Below are positions 7,447-15,768 of a stretch of DNA of 16,597 nt, in pieces. Numbering within the stretch: the first letter of the stretch is position 1; the number at the start of each line of letters is the position of its first letter. This DNA is from Candidatus Margulisiibacteriota bacterium (GTDB lineage Bacteria; Margulisbacteria; Marinamargulisbacteria; JBFWNS01), in NCBI GenBank assembly GCA_050250935.1, contig JBFWNS010000010.1:1-16597 (forward strand), given 5' to 3'. The translations under genes were made by a program, and so were the position numbers. Below the pieces are notes generated by a model. That model searched no databases, was not told where the DNA came from, and was given only the letters and a program-made list of their open reading frames with translations.

Positions 7447-8742
7447 ATGTTGGTTGAATTTAAATTAAAAAACGCCCTCTCCTTTAAAAATGAAGTTGTT
7501 TTGAGCATGGTTCCAGCCGCCATTACAGAAAATGAGGACAACCTTCTTACTGAAAAAAAAGGGCTTAAACTCCTTAAAAGCGCGGTTATTTATGGAGCAA
7601 ATTCCAGCGGAAAAAGTAATTTATTTAAAGCCCTGAAATTTATGAGGGGATTTGTTATTAATTCTTCAAAAGATACGCAAGCAGGAGAACCCATTCCAAT
7701 TGAACCTTTTAAGCTTGTTGCCTCTACTGAAGATGAGCCGTCGTCATTTGAAATCGTCTTTATACAAGATGATATTTTATTTAGATATGGGTTTTCAGTG
7801 AATCCAAAACAAGTGACTGCAGAATGGTTATTTTATAAGCCGAATACCAGAGAAATTGAACTTTTTAACCGAGAAAACCATACGATCAACATTCATCCTA
7901 CCTTGTTTAAAGAAGGCCAAGGTTTAAATAACAAAGATTCAGAGAAGCCACGCACCCGTGACAACGCATTGTTTCTTTCTGTGGTTGCCCAGTTTGATGG
8001 AGAACTTTCAAAAAAAGTTATTGCCTGGTTTAGAAACTTAAGAATCATTTCTGGACTTAATGATAATAACTATATGGACTTTTCAGTTGAGAGGCTTAAA
8101 GACTCAATCCCTAATCGTGAAAAAACAGTTGCTCTTTTAAAATCAGTTGGACTGAATATTGATGCCTTAAGAGTTGTCTCTTTACCTGAAGATATTAAAA
8201 CAGCCATTCTTGAAAAGATGCCGCCATTCATAAAAAAAGTAACAGGAACTGAGCAACTGTTTGTTCAAAAGAAAAAATATAATGATCAAGGTATAGAAAA
8301 TGGGTCTGTTATCTGGTCTATTTCCCAGGAGTCTGAAGGCACTCAAAAACTAATCGGGTTATCAGGGCCTATTTTTGATACTTTAGAAAACAACAGGGTT
8401 CTGGTAATTGATGAATTTGATACCCGCTTACACCCGTTGATGACAAAAGCTTTGATCTCATTGTTTCATTCCTCTAAAGCCAACCCAGATAAAGCTCAAT
8501 TTGTTTTTTCCACCCATGATACCAATTTGTTATCTGGGGAGCTGTTTAGACGTGATCAAATTTGGTTTACCGAAAAAGATCCTGTGGATTCAACAGATCT
8601 GTACTCCCTAGTGGCGTATAAGCTAGACGATAATCAAAAAGTCAGAAAAGATGCGGATTACAAAAAAAACTATATTGCTGGCCGATACGGCGCTATTCCT
8701 TATATTAATATTGAATCGCTAAAACGTTTGTTATCACACTAA
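7447..8742 (+). CDS. rloA: RloA/AbiLi-like ABC-type (AAA_21) ATPase
   Basis: Walker A GANSSGKS, signature ESEGTQKL, Walker B/D-loop VLVIDEFDTRLHP, H-loop STHD, and the family-typical ending RRDQIWFTEK...DLYSL...YIAGRYGAIP. Confidence 0.85.
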   Translation: MLVEFKLKNALSFKNEVVLSMVPAAITENEDNLLTEKKGLKLLKSAVIYGANSSGKSNLFKALKFMRGFVINSSKDTQAGEPIPIEPFKLVASTEDEPSSFEIVFIQDDILFRYGFSVNPKQVTAEWLFYKPNTREIELFNRENHTINIHPTLFKEGQGLNNKDSEKPRTRDNALFLSVVAQFDGELSKKVIAWFRNLRIISGLNDNNYMDFSVERLKDSIPNREKTVALLKSVGLNIDALRVVSLPEDIKTAILEKMPPFIKKVTGTEQLFVQKKKYNDQGIENGSVIWSISQESEGTQKLIGLSGPIFDTLENNRVLVIDEFDTRLHPLMTKALISLFHSSKANPDKAQFVFSTHDTNLLSGELFRRDQIWFTEKDPVDSTDLYSLVAYKLDDNQKVRKDADYKKNYIAGRYGAIPYINIESLKRLLSH

Positions 8743-9386
8743 TGGGGAAAAAAGAGGTTTTCAAACCAAGGTCCTATCTTCATCGGGTTACTGAAAAAAA
8801 AGACCCCAGAAAGACCTTTTTGATTGTCTGTGAGGGCGAAAAAACAGAACCACTCTATTTTGACGCTTTTGAGTTAGCCTCTGTCACGGTAATTGGAACT
8901 GGATTTAATACCCACTCTTTGGTGGATGAAGCTATTCGGCTTAAAAAACATCATCCTGGCAAAGATGAAATATGGTGTGTATTTGATCGAGATAGTTTTG
9001 ATGCTCGAGATATTCGAAAAGCAATTCAAAAGGCCGATAAAAACAATATTCGCATTGCCTATTCTAATGAAAGTTTTGAACTATGGTATTTGCTTCATTT
9101 TAACTACATGGACACTCAATTAAATCGGGAGGCTTACATTGAAAAATTAACGAATCAGCTTGGTAAACCGTACTCAAAAAATGAAAGCCTGTATCGTATG
9201 CTTAAAAATAAACAACATACCGCTATTCTAAATTCAAAAAAACTACTCAAGACCTATACAAAAGTGAACCCGAGTGCCCTAAAATTTGGTTATCGATATC
9301 CCGATTTAAACCCTGTTAGTGCAAATCCGATGACGACTGTTTTTGAATTGGTAGAAGAATTATTACGGGCGATGAATCGGAAATAA
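8742..9386 (+). CDS. rloB: RloB/AbiLii-like TOPRIM-fold protein
   Basis: Motifs IVCEGEKTEPLYF, WCVFDRD, YSNESFELWYLLHF and C-terminal NPMTTVFELVEEL. Coupled to the ATPase gene by a TAATG overlap. Confidence 0.88.
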   Translation: MGKKEVFKPRSYLHRVTEKKDPRKTFLIVCEGEKTEPLYFDAFELASVTVIGTGFNTHSLVDEAIRLKKHHPGKDEIWCVFDRDSFDARDIRKAIQKADKNNIRIAYSNESFELWYLLHFNYMDTQLNREAYIEKLTNQLGKPYSKNESLYRMLKNKQHTAILNSKKLLKTYTKVNPSALKFGYRYPDLNPVSANPMTTVFELVEELLRAMNRK

Positions 9387-12300
9387 TAACCGAAACGTTG
9401 TTCCTTTTCCTTCTTCTGATTCTACTAGAATTTTACCGCCCAACCGTTGTACGGTTTGATTTACAATAGACAGGCCAAGACCCACGTTTTGGCCCCCCGT
9501 TACCCCTTTTGTGGAAAAGAAGGGCGTCATAATTTTAGGCAAAACATCCTTGGGAATGCCACATCCGGTATCCTCAAATTGGACTTCAATCATGGGGTTC
9601 CCTTGATAGTCTGTTTTTAAGGTCCGTATAGTCAGTATTTTGGTGGGGGCATTGGACATGGCATGAAACGCATTGTTTACAATATTCATAAAGGTTTGTT
9701 TCAGATCATCACCATGGCCCATAATCGTGGGAATATCGTTAGCAAATTCATGCTGAATCGCCATACCTTGTCCTTTAAACCGGCCACTAAATAAAGAGGC
9801 CAAACTGGCCAAACTTTGATTTAAATCTATTGCCGTCTTTTTGGCCTTGGTTGTCCCATTAATGATATCGATAATGGCGTGTTCAAAGGGCTTAAAGCGC
9901 TTACTGAGATGGAGCGTGAATTTTGAGCCCGGTTTAAAGGCATCTAAAATCATTCCATTAGCGTCCAAATAGCCCCGATGCACCAGCTCATTCCAAATCA
10001 CTTCCGAATCTTGACCCCCAACCAGCTCATTAAAGGCCGTTCGGGAAACCCCTTCGCCCGATAACCCATAGGCCAACATATTGCTGCAAATTTGTTCTAC
10101 CCGTACCGACTCATCTCCAAAAATATTCAGGGCCGATAAGACCTGATCGTAGAGCAATGTTTTAAGGAGGTAGGTGGACAATGTTTTTTCGTGTGGGACT
10201 AAGCTTTCGGGGAGCTCTAGTTCAAAAAAGGGTGAATAGGGTCGAAAAATGGCTTCGTTAATTTGGCCTTGATCGTTAATGTAATTCATTTCGATAAACC
10301 AATCCCAAGCCAATTTGCCCAATTCTTTTTTGTTTCCCAAAATGGCGACCAATCGCTCTTGGCTGACAACCTGCCACCAAGGGAAATCGGATTTATCAAG
10401 CTGTAGGTTTGTGTCCATAATATTGAGGACCCGATCTTTTAAATTGTCGGCTGTTCCTTTAAGTGCAGAAAGTGGGTTTCTAATTTCATGGGCTATCCCC
10501 AACGTTAGGCTAGACAGCTGTGCTTGTTTGGCCAATTCTTGGGCCACCAATAGGACTTTTTTCTTTTCCGAAATCTCTTTTGTAATTTGTGCTTCTAACA
10601 CCTGCTCTCGTTTTTTGAGAGTGTCATAAAAGTCCGTGATTTGTATCATCAAGGATTGATAAAGGGTTAACCAATACAGCTCATTGGCATTCTGTTCTGA
10701 AAATACCGTTGGATACTCATTAACCAGCCGGTTCACCTTAGCGGATGCTCCCCATGATTGATAGAGCCCTTTAGCTTCGGTTAAATAGGCTTTGGCCGCC
10801 AAAAAGTTATTTTTAGATAAAAAAAGAGAGCCTAAAAATTCGTTGCCAATTGCTTCGATATGTTTTGCCCCTTGTGTTTTGGCCTCAGCAATAGCCATCC
10901 CATAGAGACTAAGGGCAGACTCTATTTTTCCATTTAACTGTGCAGAAAGTGCTTCAATAAGCTGCCATCGACAAGTCAATGTTTCAGGACAAAGTTCTGC
11001 CCATTTTTTGAGTTGACTAATATTTTTTGAGAGCCTTTTTTTAAGTTTTTTGATCTCTTCTTGAGGGGCCTCTGTAGCCGCATATTTGCTGAGTGCTATA
11101 GAATGAAAAAAGACCAGTTCCATACTTTGAGGAAGTCCAGTTAACCCATCCCAAAAGGTGTAAGCTTCCTGTGCATACTCTAAAGCCTTTTTATACTCTT
11201 TAAAAAACACAGACGTAATAACTTGGTGTAAGGCTAAAGTTCCCCGGTTAACGGAAGCCATATTTGTTTTATCGTAAGAACTGAACGCTGACTGTCGACC
11301 TTTCAGAACATCAATAGCGTCTTTTAAAAAAGCATTCCCTAAAACAGCATCTTGGTTTTTTGTATTGACCAAAAAATCCGTATACGTCTCAGATTGCACC
11401 AAGACCTCGTCCAAACATCGGCCATTAAAATAATGAATGGTAACAATATAAAGGGCGCAATAAGCTGAATAAATATACTCTCCATGACTTCGACCTTGCT
11501 CGAATCCAGCTTGAAAATAAGAAAGACTTTTTCGCCGAGGTCGGGTCCAGTGGCTTATCATGCCACCGAATACAAAATTTATTTTGCAAGCCAAAGCTTT
11601 ATCTTCGAACCGTTTGTTAAAAGCAATGGCCAATTCCCCAAACTGATAACCAAGTTCATATTGTTTAAACACCGACCCCAATAAAACACCATAGGCTGCA
11701 TAAGCATAGGCAGAGGTCGGTGCATGCCCATATTTTTGAGAGACGGTTATGGTTTTCAAAATGATATAAGCAAACAGATTCTTGTTAATAAAATAAGCCG
11801 GTGCTGTTAGATTGGTTAGTATATCAATGACCAACGCTATTTTGGGATCAGCTGAAAATTGAAGTTCTTGAGCATATTTAGGGGAAAGTTTTCTGGGTAA
11901 TTGCCATTTTGTTTTTGCAAATTCCCATAGCACGTGTGAGGTGCCAGGGTTAGACGTCACAGAAATGCCGAGAAGTGCTAACGCCCGTAGTCCTGATTCA
12001 AAGGCCTGCCGATGATGGTTTTGGTTAACCTGTAACACCAATTGAATATTGTACACTCTAGCCTTATCTAAGGCCGTGTTTGCATGGGAAATTAAGCTTT
12101 TAAATTTTATTTCTGCTTGCTCAAATTGTTTGGTTAAGTACAAACATTCTGCTTCTTCCAGATGAAGAGAAAACATAAGTGGATATTGTGTTTTCCAGCA
12201 AGACTCCTCTTTTAAGGCAGCAATGCCATAGCTAAATAGCTCTAAAGCTTTGGTATAATTTCCCCTTTCTTTAGACTTGGTAGCCGCGATTTTATTTAGG

Positions 12301-14531
12301 TTGGCAACGTGTTCATTCCCCAAGTACTCCTTGGAAAGAGGGCTTTGATTAAGATGGTTCATAATAAGGATAACTTGATCTTCAAGATCGGCAGGCGTTG
12401 TTTTTAGCAATAAAGTCTGTCCAATTTTAAAATGAGCTTCTGATTTTTCGACTTCACTAAGCAATCTATTTATAGCCTCATAAATTTTATCGTGTGTAAA
12501 TTGAACTAAAAGAGAACCGGCGAATTTTTTGCGACTAGCCGATTCCAGTAATGCAATATCCTGACTTTGAAGGGTAACAATCGATTTTAAAGCAGCATTT
12601 AAGATATGCTGACAGATTTTGTAAGCTGGTTTGTCCAAAATAATGCTTAATAAGGCTGTATCAAACCGGTATCCGATACATGAAGCCAACTTCAATGTTT
12701 CTTGAACAGCTTTGGGCATCGCCTTAACTTTTGTAGTGACAAAGCGAATAATATCAACTTCTTCGTTTTCGATGGCTTTTAAATCCCATTCCCATCGTCC
12801 GGTTTTAACATTAAAAACAAGTCCTTTTTCGGCATAAAGATGCTTCAAAAACTGGTGGGTAAAGAATGGGTTTCCCCTTGTTTTGCCCCAAACCACTTTG
12901 GCCAACTCTTGGGCTTTGGATAACTCACACTCAAACGAATCGGCTATCATTTGTGTAATGTGGGTGTCTTGAAGTTCTGACAAAGCAATATGATGGGTGG
13001 GAACCACTTGCTCTTCGAGCTTTTTAATAAAAAAGGACAAGGCAGAGTCCGAGTGCGCGTGATTGCGATAGGCCCCAATCACCAACAATTGACGGGTTCG
13101 TTGGTCAGTCAGCAAAAATTCCAACAAGGCTAACGATTCTGAGTCCGCCCATTGCAAATCATCCAAAAACAAAACCACCGGACTTTCTGGTTGGGCAATG
13201 GTTTGAATAAATTTTTGAAATTCCAAATGGAACCGTAACTGGGCATCTGAAGAATCCAGTGTTTCGAGTGGGGCTTGAGGTCCTAAAATGAGCTCTAATT
13301 CTGGAATAACATCGATCAAAACTTGGGCATTTTGAACCACAGGCGCCAACTTCGATTTCCACCTGGCAACAGACTCCGCGCCTTCTTCGACCCATTGGCT
13401 AACCAAATCTTGCATGGCTTTGATGATGCCTGAATAAGGAACTGTTTTTTCAAACTGATCAAACTTTCCCTTTGTAAAATATCCATGCTGTTCGGCCAGG
13501 GGTTTTCGGGTCTCATAAACCAAAGAGGTTTTACCAATACCAGACTCACCAGCAATGAACACACATTGTGGTTTTTCATGCAGGGCTTTATTAAAAATTC
13601 CCAATAACAACCCCATTTCCTTTTCACGGCCATAAAGGTTTTTTTGAATCGCAAAATGGCTTTGGTGGTCGTATTGGCCGATAACAAAATGGCCATTTTT
13701 TTTGGGGTTGGCCAACTGTGACTGACAGGCTTCCAGGTCTCGTTTGAGCCCGTAAGCACTTTTGTAGCGATCTTTGCTATTTTTGGCCAAACATTTGGAC
13801 AAGATATCCGACAAGCTTTCTGGAACATCCAACCTTAAATCGTCTGGGAGCGGAGGTGTTTTGGCAACGTGAGCATAGATAATGTCCATGGGTTTTGTCT
13901 CGGTAAAGGGGAGATGCCCAGTTAAAAGCTCAAACAGCGTGATTCCCAAGGAATAAAAATCCGATCGATAACTGGCTGTGGCATTCATACGCCCCGATTG
14001 TTCTGGGGCCATATACGACAAAACCCCTCGAAAAGAGGTGGCAATGTCTTCGTTTTCCTCCAATTCAATGGGGCTGGAATATTCGAATCCAATTAATTTT
14101 AAACCTAAGGTTTCGGGATGAATGAGCACCGTGTAGGCGCTTAAATTTCGGTGGGCTATCCCCGACGCATGCAAATGAACCAAAATATCGACCCACTCGA
14201 TTGCCATTTTAAAAAACACCGCCAAAGAAGGGGGCTGTGGTTGCGCCGCTATCCATTGCTTAAGGGTTACAGCCTCCTCAAACCCCTCAAACAAATACGC
14301 CCCTGCGGGTGTAGCCGAGGTTTTCGGATAAGCTTTAAGTGTTCCAGGCAAATTGAGCCGCTCTAAAACCGTTGCCTCATGATCCAACAGTGCAAGGTCC
14401 TGCTGAGAGAGCTGCCTTTTGTATGTTTTGATTAAAACATGACGGTTTTCACGTTTTTCATAGGCACAAAACAACTGCTTTGCGCTGTCTTCGTAAATGG
14501 CTCGAACCTGATCAAAAGCGTGGAAATCCAT
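9363..14531 (-). CDS. HstK-like hybrid kinase: degenerate Ser/Thr kinase domain + AAA (P-loop) + TPR-like helical region + histidine kinase
   Basis: Kinase fold (VLIKT, YMAPEQSGRMN, SDFYSLGITLFELLTG). Walker A GESGIGKT and Walker B LFLDDLQWAD, GNPFF. H-box GIAHEIRNPL, N-box NIVNNAFHAM, G1 DTGCGI, F-box PFFSTK, G2 GLGLSI. Confidence 0.92.
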   Translation of the reverse strand: MDFHAFDQVRAIYEDSAKQLFCAYEKRENRHVLIKTYKRQLSQQDLALLDHEATVLERLNLPGTLKAYPKTSATPAGAYLFEGFEEAVTLKQWIAAQPQPPSLAVFFKMAIEWVDILVHLHASGIAHRNLSAYTVLIHPETLGLKLIGFEYSSPIELEENEDIATSFRGVLSYMAPEQSGRMNATASYRSDFYSLGITLFELLTGHLPFTETKPMDIIYAHVAKTPPLPDDLRLDVPESLSDILSKCLAKNSKDRYKSAYGLKRDLEACQSQLANPKKNGHFVIGQYDHQSHFAIQKNLYGREKEMGLLLGIFNKALHEKPQCVFIAGESGIGKTSLVYETRKPLAEQHGYFTKGKFDQFEKTVPYSGIIKAMQDLVSQWVEEGAESVARWKSKLAPVVQNAQVLIDVIPELELILGPQAPLETLDSSDAQLRFHLEFQKFIQTIAQPESPVVLFLDDLQWADSESLALLEFLLTDQRTRQLLVIGAYRNHAHSDSALSFFIKKLEEQVVPTHHIALSELQDTHITQMIADSFECELSKAQELAKVVWGKTRGNPFFTHQFLKHLYAEKGLVFNVKTGRWEWDLKAIENEEVDIIRFVTTKVKAMPKAVQETLKLASCIGYRFDTALLSIILDKPAYKICQHILNAALKSIVTLQSQDIALLESASRKKFAGSLLVQFTHDKIYEAINRLLSEVEKSEAHFKIGQTLLLKTTPADLEDQVILIMNHLNQSPLSKEYLGNEHVANLNKIAATKSKERGNYTKALELFSYGIAALKEESCWKTQYPLMFSLHLEEAECLYLTKQFEQAEIKFKSLISHANTALDKARVYNIQLVLQVNQNHHRQAFESGLRALALLGISVTSNPGTSHVLWEFAKTKWQLPRKLSPKYAQELQFSADPKIALVIDILTNLTAPAYFINKNLFAYIILKTITVSQKYGHAPTSAYAYAAYGVLLGSVFKQYELGYQFGELAIAFNKRFEDKALACKINFVFGGMISHWTRPRRKSLSYFQAGFEQGRSHGEYIYSAYCALYIVTIHYFNGRCLDEVLVQSETYTDFLVNTKNQDAVLGNAFLKDAIDVLKGRQSAFSSYDKTNMASVNRGTLALHQVITSVFFKEYKKALEYAQEAYTFWDGLTGLPQSMELVFFHSIALSKYAATEAPQEEIKKLKKRLSKNISQLKKWAELCPETLTCRWQLIEALSAQLNGKIESALSLYGMAIAEAKTQGAKHIEAIGNEFLGSLFLSKNNFLAAKAYLTEAKGLYQSWGASAKVNRLVNEYPTVFSEQNANELYWLTLYQSLMIQITDFYDTLKKREQVLEAQITKEISEKKKVLLVAQELAKQAQLSSLTLGIAHEIRNPLSALKGTADNLKDRVLNIMDTNLQLDKSDFPWWQVVSQERLVAILGNKKELGKLAWDWFIEMNYINDQGQINEAIFRPYSPFFELELPESLVPHEKTLSTYLLKTLLYDQVLSALNIFGDESVRVEQICSNMLAYGLSGEGVSRTAFNELVGGQDSEVIWNELVHRGYLDANGMILDAFKPGSKFTLHLSKRFKPFEHAIIDIINGTTKAKKTAIDLNQSLASLASLFSGRFKGQGMAIQHEFANDIPTIMGHGDDLKQTFMNIVNNAFHAMSNAPTKILTIRTLKTDYQGNPMIEVQFEDTGCGIPKDVLPKIMTPFFSTKGVTGGQNVGLGLSIVNQTVQRLGGKILVESEEGKGTTFRLLFPIHRP

Positions 14532-14581
14532 GGGTTGGTGATGCCCGTTGTTGGGGGGTGGTTAAACATTTTTAGGAACTG

Positions 14582-15760
14582 CTATTCCATACTCTTTAAT
14601 ATAACCCTATCAAACAGCTGACGGGCCTCTCGAAAAATATCATTATCCTTTTCTTCCATTTCTATCTGGACACCATGAACTACCTTTGAGCGTAAGCGAT
14701 AAAAAGCCCTAAAATCCTTCCTGATCTTCTCTCTCTCACTATGTTTTGATCCAATAAGATAGGCACAACGTTCGGCCATGAGAGTTGTTAATCCTAGATC
14801 AGAATCAGATTGGGAACTCTTCTCCGAATAATGGTCTCCCAAAATTGCCTCAAATGCTGAAGCAAGATAAATTATGGCATTGGATATGGAGCCCGAATGC
14901 TTAAAGCTTCGAGCTTCAAAGCCCCAATAGAGTGCCGTTTGAAGTTGTTTTTGATATTTTTCTTGTATACTTTTACTGTTGTAATTTTCAGGCCACCTTA
15001 AAGGGGCTAATAAGTTTTGGAATTTATCTCTTACCGATGTTTGTTCTTTCACCTTGAGGAGTTTTTTAATCGCTGTATGGACTTCACTATCGTTCAAACC
15101 CTCCCAATTGACCTTTAGGTTTTCAATAAAACCCCATGTGACTTTTGGAAGATCATCATAGCGGCTTGGTCCATTAGCCTTTTCTTTTGTGTGTACTTCA
15201 GTTTCTAACTTTTGTGGTTTAAAGGTTTTTTCAAAAAGGCCTTTTATACAACACCATTCGATAAACGTTTTATAAGGGATTAAAGCATTTTGAAAGGTAG
15301 CATTCCCGGGGCCTTCAACATATCCTTCGGTTAGAACAACGAACCTTGTTTTGGAAGAATAGGAATCACTACTAAAACGAATAGATAAGTGTGGGGCTAT
15401 TTCAAGCGATTTTGAGTCTTCTAGAAACAATAAATCAAGATTTGGAAAAGGGAATGCGAGTTCATATTTTATCGGAAGAGATTTTACCCATTCGGTTAAG
15501 TTATCAGCTATTTTTTCTTGTTCTTCGTTATCAAAAGGGGCATCTCCCCACATGTCATACATTATTATTGTTCTTTGAAGGGTCTCAGACAAAGTTAACC
15601 AATTACTTCGGAGACTACAGATATAGTTTAAATCGGGTTTTATTTTTTCTATTGAATGGAAACTTGGATTACTAGACCACCATTTAATTAGCTTCAAAAA
15701 AGTCTCTTTAAGTTTTTTATCGTCTATTTTTTGTGGTTGTTGTTTTTTGGTTTTAGTCAT
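14582..15760 (-). CDS. Apea-like HEPN domain protein (predicted RNase)
   Basis: C-terminal AFEAILG...LMAERCAYLIG...ERE.I...FYRLRSKVVHG with an intact R-X4-H motif (14672-14692). ATG at 15760, preceded by GAGGA, is preferred over GTG at 15772. Confidence 0.75.
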   Translation of the reverse strand: MTKTKKQQPQKIDDKKLKETFLKLIKWWSSNPSFHSIEKIKPDLNYICSLRSNWLTLSETLQRTIIMYDMWGDAPFDNEEQEKIADNLTEWVKSLPIKYELAFPFPNLDLLFLEDSKSLEIAPHLSIRFSSDSYSSKTRFVVLTEGYVEGPGNATFQNALIPYKTFIEWCCIKGLFEKTFKPQKLETEVHTKEKANGPSRYDDLPKVTWGFIENLKVNWEGLNDSEVHTAIKKLLKVKEQTSVRDKFQNLLAPLRWPENYNSKSIQEKYQKQLQTALYWGFEARSFKHSGSISNAIIYLASAFEAILGDHYSEKSSQSDSDLGLTTLMAERCAYLIGSKHSEREKIRKDFRAFYRLRSKVVHGVQIEMEEKDNDIFREARQLFDRVILKSME

Positions 15761-15768
15761 TTTTTTCC

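Noticed and set aside
9363..14531. Calling the hybrid kinase an Avs/NLR anti-phage protein
   Set aside because: The architecture matches the HstK-like kinase-AAA-HK signalling family. There is no nuclease/TIR/SIR2 effector.
7344..15675. Short ORFs 7344..7541, 8893..9123, 10315..10629, 11484..11684, 13159..13395, 13316..13828, 14151..14366, 14439..14621, 15391..15675
   Set aside because: Antisense or out-of-frame shadows of longer genes with recognisable domains.
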